Positions 13,301-25,012 of a DNA stretch of 63,865 nt are shown here, one piece after another. A model generated the notes under the pieces. That model was not told where the DNA came from. It did not search any database and saw only the letters and a program-made list of their open reading frames with translations. Numbering within the stretch: the first letter of the stretch is position 1; each line of letters opens with the position of its first letter. Origin of the DNA: Podarcis vaucheri (Eukaryota); assembly GCA_965113315.1 (NCBI GenBank), contig OZ220371.1; one strand, written 5' to 3'. A program made the translations under genes and the position numbers.

Positions 13301-16300
13301 GAATCACTCTGGCTGACTTTTGCTAAGGGTGTACTTCTTCAGAGACTGAGAATTAAAGCTTAAGATGCCAGTCTTTAAATCATGTATTTTAGACCTATCC
13401 CACTGACATTTATGGATCTACTACAAGATTGCTCCCACTCCAGCTGCAGTCATTCTGTGCCTTTTAGTGTCACCTCTCCATCCCTCCCTGGCATCAAAGA
13501 AAGAGCTGGGGACACCTTCAAAACACTTGTTTTACCCTTACCTTGTATGGTGCTTTCAGCAAGAAAAAAGCCCCTGCTGCCACTCACTCACTCTGGCTAG
13601 CTTTGTAATTGGCTAGCGGCTAGCCTATACTGTACTTTGCTGGCGAGTTCATTTTGTTCTCTCTGGCAGCATCTAATCTTCCCTGAGCAGTCAGAGGAAG
13701 GGAAATTACCCATTTATCTACTCAGGGAAGATCAGCTGCCACTAGAGAGAACAAGCTAAGCAAGAAGGATATATATCCTTTCCCATTTTACTATCTTATC
13801 CCTTTATGGGACAACTAACTAATTTCCCATGAAACAGTAACATCAGAACAAAAACAAAATAAAAAACCAGACATTATTATTTTCTTTTAAAAAAAAGTAC
13901 TCTAAACACATTTTACAGATAAGAGTACTACTCTGCTCCTCAAAATAGTCATAGTTGCTTTTACCAAATATGTATGCCTTTTTCACCTTGCATCATTAGT
14001 TTAATAAAAGATTTTAAATACTAAATGATTATTTCATTCTCTGTCTTTTTCTCTTCCAATGTTTACGATTTTCAGCATTTCCCAATTTTTTTTACAATTC
14101 TGTCCCATGTACTTTCCATTTTTCTTTTTGCTAATTCACACTTTAAAACACTTCCAGATCAAGCGAGAAAAAGCATCTGGTTTATTTACATGTGATATAA
14201 TTTACAATATTCTTTTGTGATAAATGCAGCCTTTGTGAATTGACAGCCATTAGCTAAATCAGCTCTTCTTAAACTAACATTCATCTGTTTTGCATTTTTG
14301 GCTAAGCACCTGGCTATGAAAAGTTGAGCTTAATTATATTTTCACAAATCCATGCAACTTCTATATTCCAAGTCAATTAAAAATGACAAGTGTGACAAAA
14401 GGTAAAAATGAAAAAGGTTTTTAAAAAGAGAGGTCCCATGTTTGTATTTTAATGACTGGATTATAAAATCAGAAATGCAATTGTGAGACAACCTCTACTT
14501 TATTAGAAGGGACGTAATCTGCCAGTTTTAATTTTCGATGGTGGGATTATGCCCTGGGCATCCAATCCCAATCGGAAGCTTCATGGTTTTCTTTCCCCTG
14601 GGACAGCATCTTTTGTGGTCTCTTAAGAGGAGGGATTGGATCATTAACACAGCTAGACACATCGTATGCAAAACACAGTAATAGTATTAGAAGTCAGAAA
14701 TGGATAGTGTTTCTACCATTTACAAAATAGTCACCTTGGGAACAATTTCACCTGCCAGACGCACACAATGTGCACACACAGAATGTCTGCTAGTAAGTCA
14801 GGCGGTCCAGTCCTCTGGCCCTGCTAAGCCAGCACCAAAGCCAACATTAAGTAGTCATGAACTTGTGCACAAGAACAGCATGAGAAACAAAAGCTGATGT
14901 ACCAGTATGAGCAGGCACTGCCATAGCACCCCTACAAGTTCCACCCACACATTCTGGTACTGCAAACTAATGGCATCCCTACTAGCCATTGTAGGAATGG
15001 CACTAATAAACTCACAACAGCAGCAGAAATGCCGTAATAATATTATTCCACCAGAACATACCACTTTGATACCACAATGCACAAGATTCGGATCAGGAGC
15101 CGTACATGCAGGATGAATCCAAAGGGTTTTCCCCACACAGTGTATTCAAAGCATAGCACACAACAAGTTCATATTTGTGTTTTCATTAAGATGGAAGCTT
15201 TTTTCAAGGGGTGGGGGCACATAAAAGAGAGAGCTACACACCACAGAAGGCAGCAGCACAGCATTTATTTATTTATTTAAAGACGGCTAGTTCAGTGTGA
15301 ATTTCCCACCCAGGTGAGATGACTCCCAAAGGGCAAAGATGATTGTATGGGTGCCCCACTGACAACTGTGTGTTTGGATGGGGAAAGAGAGAGGAAGCAG
15401 ATCTAGAACCCAGGAATCCCACTGAGTACTATACCACACAACTATAGGAGTAGGAAGAATAATAATCTGTGCTGGGGCTTTTGTAGTTTCCTAGGGACAT
15501 GCCCTCTTTGCTCTTCATGCTGATTACTGGACAAGCCATGTAGACAGGACTAGATGGACTCAACAACATGGAGCTCTAGCCTTAGAAAACAGCATAGACA
15601 CACCACAGGCGATCTTAGGTTCAATCCCGGGCTAGATTCCCAGGAGAAAGAGTTGGGAGGAGACACACATGCACACCTGAAACGGGACAGAGTGCTTGCC
15701 ATACTCACTCTGCCAACTGTCAGCCTCAGTGAGGCCCAGGATACCAGCCATTTTGCTCACTCCCTTCCACTGCAACCAGCCATGTGCACACATGGACATG
15801 CATCTGGTTGCTTGCCAGTAGGTGGGGTTTCCTCAGCGGAACATGTCATCCATTTCCTCCTTCAATTCATGCAGCCTGATTTATCATAAACCAATTCCTA
15901 GGAGGAAAAGCCAACAGCACCATGAACTGCAGGGACCATCCTGCTTCCCTTGCTGGTGTTCAATGGGCAAAACCACGGTCAAGATGTAGTCTCTTAGCCC
16001 TAGTGGGGTATTGTAAAGAACCTTCTGCCCCCTCTCATTGTGTGTTCCCTTATGAAGACAGCTGAGTTTGAGGAAAGCAGACTCTTATTCACAACGTATC
16101 AGTAATAACAGCAACACAGGTGAATGAATCATAGCTTTTATTGGCAGCATCATTTCTGGAATTAAGTTCTGACAGCATCATATAGTAATGGGCTAACCAA
16201 CTTGCTTGTTTTTGCAGGACCTTCGTGCCTTCAAGAGCGGCATGATGGACACAAGAGTACCACAGGTAGCTTTCTTCATCATGGGATATCCATCACCTAT

Positions 16301-17137
16301 TGTATGTCTTTGAAAACTCTGCAAAGTCACAGGAACTATGCAAGAACAAAATGGAAGCAAGCAGCAGAGCACCTAATTTCCAAGGTTGTGGTCTGATGGC
16401 ACACGAGACCACGACCTTGCTGAAGCTAAGCCAGTCTGGGTATTGCCAGTGCTTGGTTGGGTGGCTGTCTAGATACCACCTTGCCTTCAATGAAGGAAGA
16501 AATGTGGAAGATAAACATAAGAAAATACTGTAAGTATAAATAGCTCCCCACAGGTCACTGCTACAGTTGTAGGCCTTTTTGCTTGTGGTTTGCATGGCAA
16601 CGGGAGGAGGGAGACACTTTCTTCTGTGCATTCTGGTTACCTGTGGAGAAACACAGGGATAGTGGTGAATAATGGGTAGCAGTTGCAACCCAGTGGTTAA
16701 AGTACTCAGTAAGGGCTGTTGAAGACTGGTTGAGAAAGGGTACTGCTGCCACTACGTGCTCTTCTATCCCTCGTGCCCATATGCACTTACCTCTCTTTGG
16801 TACACCTCCCAATCTCAAGAGGAGTTCACAATGCAAGTCACTGAGACAATAGTCACCAACTCAATGTATGAAGCTGCACTGGAAGTCTTGTCTCCAGTTA
16901 CTGTTTGCTCTACTCTGGATCCCCTGCCTCTAGTCCTGTAACCGAAACAAAAAACCAACCACTGCCCAGCTCTGGTGCTCACCATCAAATGGATGGTGCT
17001 ATACATTCTTTTCATTCGTGCCTGTTGTGAACTTACCTAGGTTTCTTGGTATTCCACAGTATTTATTCGTCCTGTGTACCCTATGCAGGAAATACTGCTG
17101 CAAACTGTTGAGTAAATGGAGGGTCATAAAGCCAGTA

Positions 17138-17363
17138 CAGTGGTACCTCGGGTTACATACGCTTCAGGTTACAGACTCCGCTAACCCAGAAATATTACCT
17201 CAGGTTAAGAACTTTGCTTCATGATGAGAACAGAAATCGTGCGGCGGCGGTGCAGCGGCAGCTGGAGGCCCCATTAGCTAAAGTGGTGCTTCAGGTTAAG
17301 AACAGTTTCAGGTTAAGAACAGACCTCCAGAATGAATTAAGTTCTTAACCCGAGGTACCACTG
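17138..17363 (+). mobile_element. Tc1/mariner-pogo (Tigger-type) MITE, family A copy 1
   Basis: TIRs CAGTGGTACCTCGGGTTA / TAACCCGAGGTACCACTG and TA TSD. Highly similar to 36541-36782 and 46014-46274. Confidence 0.92.
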
Positions 17364-17381
17364 TAAACTCTTTACCCACAT

Positions 17382-17587
17382 TATTTATTATTTGAGTTAC
17401 ACCCCATGTTTACTCCAAGGAGCTCAAGGTGCATACATAGTTCTCCTCCTGCCACATTTTTATCCACACAAAAACCCTGAGGTAGGTTAGGCTGAGAGTG
17501 AGTAACTCATCCAAGTGAGCTGAGTGGATAGTTTAATCCTTGATGCCCAGGTCCTAGTCCGACAATCTAACCACTATGCCACGCTGG
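17382..17587 (-). mobile_element. MIR-like CORE-SINE
   Basis: CATTTTATCC-CACA--AACCCTG-GAGGTAGGTTAGGCTGAGAG core and reverse tRNA head TCTAACCACTATGCCAC. Confidence 0.7.
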
Positions 17588-20500
17588 ATGACACACTTAA
17601 CACTGTGGAAGTTTATGATAGTGCTCTGCTCACCCGTGTCTTTTCTTGGTGGTTTGGCAGGAAGGAATGGAGGATATGAGGGATACCTGCTTTGAAGTAT
17701 AGTGTCTCCCCACCCCCACTCCCGCAGTGAGCTATACCTCCTGGCTTTTCTGTGCTGAGTGCTTTGTTGTTGCAGTCCAAGTTGCAACAACGGAGTTGAA
17801 GTTCCTGTTGGGCATTTGTGTTCAAAAGCAGAGTATCTGGAAGGGTTCTGAAAAGACAAGCATCATTCATCTGCCCTTTCACCAACCCCACCCCACCACC
17901 ACATCCCCTACCTGTTGCATGTCTGTTTGGGCAAAGTTCCAATTTGTGTGCTCCTTGTGCTTTAGACACAGTAGTAGGGCTATGTAACCCTATGCTGTGT
18001 GTCTTGTTAGAGGACACATGAATATTTCTTTGCTGGGGCATTTCTGCTTCTGAAAGTGTGCCATGATTGATTCCAGGGTTAGTTGGGCTCCTACACTCCA
18101 ATGAGTCTGTAGGGATAGGGATAGAAGGACAGTTACCTAGGGCTCTCTACTGGCTACAATTACAACATTTTAAGTTTATGCTGCCTCTTTTGAGCTATTC
18201 TGTCATCAGGGATGGAAAAGACCATCGACTGGATAAGAGTTGTGTCAATGCAGCCTCCCACTGCTACAAGAATAGCACTAAGCCAATGTAATTTCCCCCC
18301 AGTAACGTTGTGCTCATTGCCCTATGCTTATCAATTGAGAAGTCCCACTGTGCTCCATAGGACTTCCTTCCAGGTAATGTGCATAGCACTGTAGCTTTAG
18401 TTGCAATCCTATGCCCTCAGCAAGCATAATCTGATTAGATGAATGGTTTGTATGTTACTTAGATGCATAGATATGTAATATTTAAAATGTAGTAAATATA
18501 ACATCAAAGAAGAAAAATATGGGATGTATGCAGGTTAGAATTTACAAAGTAATCAAATGTTTGGTTTATATAATAGAGGAGAAATGTGTGTAGTTGTGTG
18601 TGATGGGTCAGAAGAAGAAAAATGTTGAGCAACAGTTTTTGAGTAAGCATCACTTTTAAAAACCATACATACATATACATGCTATTTTATATAATACATC
18701 ATACACCCACACATATAGATGTGAGAAACCCTCTCTTCCAGCAGAGGGCATCTTCTACACACTAGAAAAAACTTCTCAGTTGAGTGAAGACAATTTTATA
18801 CACACGGGAAAGAAATGTGTCATTTAAAATAGAAATATGGGTTTCCAAGTGTTGTCCAGTTCTGAAAATAACATTTAACAGTTTCTAAGACAAGGGTCAA
18901 TACCCCAAGACTCTCTTCTGTGTCGGCAACACTGGAATTAATGGGAGCCCAAACAAGAGCTTCAGTAGTATTTATACAGAAGATACTTCTGATGGAATAT
19001 GCATTTGGAAACATAAGGTAGTACAGCTTACATGAACAGTTCGAACATAGATCTGAAATTCACACAATGCCTGCAAAGGGAAGGTGCTGTTGTCTAACAT
19101 GCCATTCAAGGTTAGCAAGAAAGGTGGGATGCAGTTCAGACCTGCCATGTACACAGTTCATGCACTCATTTGGACACACACTTAGAAAGAACTGCCCAGC
19201 AGAACAGGATTAATGGATTTTGCTGTGGGGACAGGGGCTCTACTAGACACCTATGGATAGATCTGCCTGCCTGCATTTTCAAATACTTTAGGTGCTGAAG
19301 TGACCTTATATTGCCAATATTACACATACCTCTCATACTTTCTCTTTTTCATGCACATATTCTTTCTCCACCAGCAATGTGTATTTCAATTCTACCTCAC
19401 TTCCCTGTACATTTTTTCATGCTTCCTCATATTCAGTCCCTGTTGATCTTAGCAAGACACACAATTTAATGTCTACTTCTTGGAGGCCTGGGCTACAAAT
19501 GCAGCAGAATGAGGCAACAGAAACCTGAGTTGGTAGAGTGGACCATACCACTTCAGACGGTATGTGGGTTGGTAGCTTTCTTTCTTTTCTTTTTTAGTAC
19601 TCTATTAAAAAAACAACAACCAAAAAACCAAGCAGGCAAGAAGTGGCTAGGCTGGAAAGTTTCCGTTAGTATGCTAGGTTTCCTCCCTCACTTGCAAGGA
19701 GTTCCTGCAAGTTAGTATTCGCTATCTACAAAGTTGAGTGGTACTACCTACTATAATGTCTCAAGGTTGTCTCACTCTGTCCTATGGACGTATAGCAACA
19801 GGCCAGGGATAATTATGATTCTATGTACCTAAGTTATGGCAGGGATCCAAAGAGCTATTTGGGGGGATAGCTTCTCTCTCTCCCCCCCCCCAATTAAACA
19901 GACCCTCATGCCACATCACAAATTGCTTTTCAAGCTCCCAGAGTTAAAGCAGCATGAAGAGTTACTTTCACCAGTCCAAATTCCCCTCGGGAATGTGGAT
20001 TGAGGAGTGTGCTTGTTTGGATCCTTGCCAGTGTATTTTCTGAATCACCATTAATCCAATTATGTTGAGGCCTTGAATGTAATTACTGTCACATTAATTA
20101 TTTCATAAAATTTATATACCGCTTGATTGTAAAACTCAGAGAGATTTACAAAAAGATAAAACAATAAAGCTTTGATTATTTTAATATTATTGCTATGGAC
20201 AATGTGCTTTGAACATGTTCATATAAGCTGATGTGCCAGGGTTGTAAGGCTGAAATGCAAGGGATTCTCATCTCTTTTTCTAGAAGCATGGTTCTTATGC
20301 TTTTCATATGCAACAACTCCACCTGGAAATGCAGTGGTACCCCAGCACTACAAATGTATGCAGCTTGTGTTGAGTTTTAAGAAAGAACAAAAGCTCCTGC
20401 TAAACCGTTTTATAGAGAATATGCAGAATATTTCCCTTGACATTCTCTGTGTTGGTCAACCCTTATCTTTCACAGTTTCTGTTGAGCTGAATGCTTTGGA

Positions 20501-22201
20501 AAACAAATTTACCTGATTATACATGCTTATTACTGAGTTGCTGGGTCTAAATTTGCATTTATTGTTCCTATTTATTTTGGTTGTCTTCATGCTGACAAAT
20601 TTGATAAAGATTTTTTTTAAAAAAAGTGCTTGCAGATGCACACTATGTATATAGGCCAATTTTCAGGATTTCAATGATCCAGGTAACTATTTGGGCATTT
20701 TAAAACTTAAGTCCAAAGTCCCCTTATGTCTACAAGTAATATGAAGGGACATAAACAATTCTAAGCACACAGAAGGAGGGGCCCCCAGTTTCTGTTGATA
20801 AATTACTAAATGCAAAAATCCTGTAAATCTGGATATGGGACAGTTTGATACTGGCTGTTCCTCAATATTTTCTATTTCAGCATATATAGACAAAGAATTG
20901 TACATTTTGAGGACTGTACCACAACAGTGCTAAATCATATCACCAGACTGAGATTACATGAGTATTGCTGATTGTTTTCTGGGATAATATTTCGGACTGG
21001 GATGCTGTATGTGCTAATTTAGTTTAGCTTCCATGATACAGTCCAATTAATTGAGTGTTATGGCATTCTTAGGAATAGAAAATTATGTCAAAATGAAATG
21101 AGCTTCTACACTAGATGGTGCTATGCCACTTTCCAGGAAAAAAACCTGCTACAGTACTTAAAAGGAAGTTTTATTATGCTGTTGATTCTACGGTCTGAAA
21201 TTTACATTAGGGTGTTAAGCCATTTCCAAATGGTGACAAAGGCAATACAAGAAATGAAAATAATGCACCATGGCAAAGACAATTAATGTTGGCAGACACT
21301 CCTTTTCTAGAAAGTGAAATATAACCCACTTCCAGAATGGCTTCTCATCACTATTTCCAAACCAGAGTATATAGCCTTTCTAAGCAAACAGTTTTCATTG
21401 TCAGTCAGTCAACATATTCAATTTCATTTCTAATTTAAAACTAAAAGGGCTTTACTTTTTATCTCTATCTAATAAAATGGAAGCTATTGCAAGAATTAGG
21501 GGAGACATTTTTATCAAAAGAAATATAATTTTTCATGTTTGCATACATTACAGGGCAAATTCACACATGAAACTTCTTGCCTATGACCCATTCTGCTTTC
21601 TTTAAAGAAAATCTTAGCAATGTAAGCATGTTATATGGGAAAATGTGCATGACATTTGTATATTGAAATTATTGATGCATATCAGCACAATCAAGCCAAA
21701 ATTGATACTCCCATTGATTTATGAGGCAATTCCTACACTAAAGATCTGTATGAGTGGCTACAAGATTCAGAGACCACCACAGATATGTCATTGGAACATG
21801 CTACCTATAGACCTGTTCTGTTGAAGACACGCTGAGGGAGTGCCCAAAATGGCTGGGAGAGAATCATGGATGGGAGGCAGGTGGCTCTGGGGAGGAGTAC
21901 ACACATGCTATGTCCCCCCAATTCACAGTCACGCCCTGTTGTGTAGCTTTACACTACTGACTGGTTTTAATGGGAGGGATTTTTTATTTTATTTTTATTT
22001 AAACCACCTTCCTCTGTATGAATGACCCCCTCACCTGAATTGCCAAGACAGAGCGTAGGATATGATGCAACTGAATACACCATCACAGTACATCACCATT
22101 AGTACAGTCCACACAGTGTGAACAAAATGTATTATGACAGGAAGATGGCATGATGGTGGTGGTGTTTCTTCCTCCCTCCCCCCCCCCGCCACCCTCAATA
22201 C

Positions 22202-23116
22202 TGTGACGCTTAAGAGATACAAGTGGGAACCTGGGCGAGGGGAACTATGGAGAAGATGAGTTTTGCCCACCAAGGGAGCACTTTGGAAAAAAACAGCCTG
22301 TCTCCAGAACATCCTAGGATCTTACAAAGCCTCTCCTCTTCCTGGAGGGGAGGGGTTGTGAGCGGGAATCGCTTCCCGCGCTTGCGGGGGCGTGGCGTGG
22401 CTGGGCCCCCTGCATCATTGGAGTCCTGGGCCCACGTCATGCACCCCAGCCGGCTAATCCGACTTGCTGGGGGGCGTGGTTTAGCCACAATTAAATGGCC
22501 GCATGCCCATGGTCTCTTCATTGTTCTTCCAGCTTCCTCAGATCACCCGCCCTCTCTCTAGGTTTTGCTTCAGCACCTGACCTTGCTATGGACCTCCGTT
22601 GGTCACCTTGGTTGTCCAAGTGGCCTGGTAGGAATTTTTTCCACTTGGCAGATTGGCACCAGCCACTTGGTTTTTTGTCTGCCTCGTAACAAATCGGCAT
22701 GACTTTGTACGGTTTGGCAGTTAGGCACTGGAAGATGTGTTGTGTGTTGGAGAGGAGGTTGTGGCCATCACCTACCCCTCCCCTTGAAGGGTATTCCGTT
22801 AAGGGAATCCAGTGGTCATGGTTCCTGCCTGATGCCCAGGTGGTGGCTAGGGCCACAGCACAACCCCGGTGACTCTAGGGGAAAGCTTCCAGTTGATTTG
22901 CATCAATAAGCTCTCCCTACAGGTTGTTAACCCTTGTGTGACTCCCTGCTGAGCAGCAGGAGTCAAGTATAGTCTGTTCGGATCCAATGCCTAAGCCAAT
23001 ACCACTCACATTCTGTAACCAATAAAGTTACAGCCTTTTTTAGCCCATTAACCTAAAATACTTGTGTCCACGTGTCTTATTTCATCACAAAGCGGGGAGC
23101 AGGGCCTCGACGCACA
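22202..23116 (+). mobile_element. Probable solo LTR (915 bp; family unassigned, Gypsy-like or ERV)
   Basis: TGTG...CACA ends, 5-bp flanks AATAC / AACAC (4 of 5 match), two GGGGGCGTGG GC boxes, and AATAAA about 90 nt before the 3' end. Confidence 0.6.
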
Positions 23117-24207
23117 AACACTGATACCAATTCTCAGCCTAGAATCCTAAGATCTTTAGCCTCCAGACACAAATACCCAAACACTCCAAAAATTGGGGAT
23201 GCTAGGAAAGGGCACTTCACAGGAGCAAGCAAGGAAAGGAGAAACACATGCAGTAAGGTACTGTTTAACAATTTCAGCTGGTAGGTAGGCAATCTTACAG
23301 GGGCAGGTGGTGGAAATGGTATGAACCTCTTGTGTCCTGGCATGCTCCATAACAAATACTTGGGCACTATGTGAAGATGTTCCCAACATACAGCTGGAGC
23401 CATATAAACAGATGCTATAACTGTTCCTCTCTCTGTCTTGCCATTGCCAAAGGCACAGTTGTCCTGCTGGAGTTGCTAGTTGACAACCCCAGATACCAAT
23501 CTTTGCCTTTCATGATTTACCTCATCCTGGATGCTCCACAATAAACATCACCGCCATGCTTATATGTGTTGTTCCTGTGTTTGTAGGAATTAACAGACTG
23601 AGAGGGAGCCCTTTCCCACATATGCAGGAAGTTGGTGCAACTGCAGAAGATGGAGAAAGATTCCTGGCAGCTCCTGGTCCACCCCCTGCCCCCGCCAAAC
23701 ACCTGGTTATCAACCAGGGAAGGGGGTGGTGGAGCTTTTCAGGCAGCCCTACCCCCACCTCTGCCTGGTGAAATACAAGCAACCATCTGGTAGGGAGGCA
23801 GATTAGGAAGAAGCAGTACAGCCACTGAGGGAAGGGGCAGCTAGCTACTAACAAAGGAAAGCACATGACTGGCAACTAACCAATCAGGGCAGCCATATTC
23901 CAGAGCTCCAGCAGCAGCCAGTCCCATGAGAAAGCTGCACCAGTGTGACATAACCAAGGAAACTCATTTCAAACCAATTTTCATATTCCTTTTTGTTGTT
24001 GGTTCTTGTTCAATATTCCCTAGTTGCAATTGGACTACAGAATAGACATAGATGTCACAAACTGGATATGCATAATGCAGTTAAAATACTTTTTGAAAAG
24101 AATCACATACTATAGTAAATGACTGCAATCTATGAGTTTTTATGATCCAAATCACTTCACTGAACATCCTTGCATGAAAAATTTGCACAATCTCATTGGT
24201 TCCAATA

Positions 24208-24850
24208 CAGTGGTGCCCCGCAAGACGAACGCCTCGCGAGACGAAAAACTCGCAAAACGAAAGGTTTTTTCGTTTTCGAGTTGCCTCGCAAGACGAATTT
24301 CCCTATGGGCTTGCTTCGCAAAACGAAGCTTGCCCCACAAGCTCCGGGGACAGCGGGTCTTCCCCGCTGTCCCCGGACCTCTTTTGAAGCAAGGGACGGC
24401 GGGGAGAAGCGATCTTCTCCCCGCAGCCCCAGGTCCGGGGACAGCGGGAAGCGCTTCCCGCTGTCCCCGGACCTCTTTTGAAGCAAGGGGCGGTGGGGAG
24501 AAGCGGTCTCCCCGCAGCCCCTTGCTTCAAAAGAGGTCCGGGGACAGCGGGGAACAAGCAATCTTCTCCCCGCAGCCCCAGGTCCGGGGACAGCTGGAAG
24601 CGCTTCCCGCTGTCCCCGGACCTCTTTTGAAGCAAGGGGCTGCGGGGAGAAGCTATCTTCTCCCCGCAGCCCCTTGCTTCAAAAGAGGGGACAGAGCGGC
24701 ACTTCCCCTCTGTCCCCGGACGGTCTCCATAGGAACGCATTGATTGATTTTCAATGCATTCCTATGGGAAACAGTGCTTCGCAAGACGAAAAACTCGCAA
24801 GAAGAAAAAACTTGCGGAACGAATTAATTTCGTCTTGCGAGGCACCACTG
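24208..24850. mobile_element. Young CpG-rich Tigger-type MITE with an internal palindromic repeat array
   Basis: TIRs CAGTGGTGCCCCGCAAGACGAA / TTCGTCTTGCGAGGCACCACTG, TA TSD, subterminal CGCAAGACGAA repeats, and a GC-rich hairpin interior. Confidence 0.9.
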
Positions 24851-24853
24851 TAC

Positions 24854-25012
24854 GATAATAATAATGATAATGATGATGATGATGATAATAATAATAATAA
24901 TTTATTTATACCCCAACCATCTGGCTGGGTTTCCCCAGTCACGCTGGGCAGCTTCCAACAAAATATTAAAATACAATAGTGCATCAAACATTAAAAACAG
25001 GGCTCCTTCAGG
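24854..25012 (-). mobile_element. L2-like LINE 3' end with a (TTA/TCA)n microsatellite tail
   Basis: (GAT/AAT)n run at 24854-24900 followed by TTTATACCCCAACCATCTGGCTGGGTTTCCCCAG. The same tail motif recurs at about 47764-47810. Confidence 0.65.

Noticed and set aside
17554-18291. Cluster of overlapping ORFs including one of 162 aa
   Set aside because: No domain similarity recognised, no consistent exon signals, and a length compatible with chance in locally higher-GC sequence.
24340-24725. CRISPR-like or REP-like repeat array
   Set aside because: There are no unique spacers of constant length and no cas genes. The context is a vertebrate intron and the array is bounded by transposon TIRs.
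24132-24979. Longest ORFs in the window (203, 145 and 122 aa, on both strands)
   Set aside because: They arise from the stop-poor, GC-rich palindromic interior of a TA-flanked MITE. The peptides are repetitive and mirrored on both strands.
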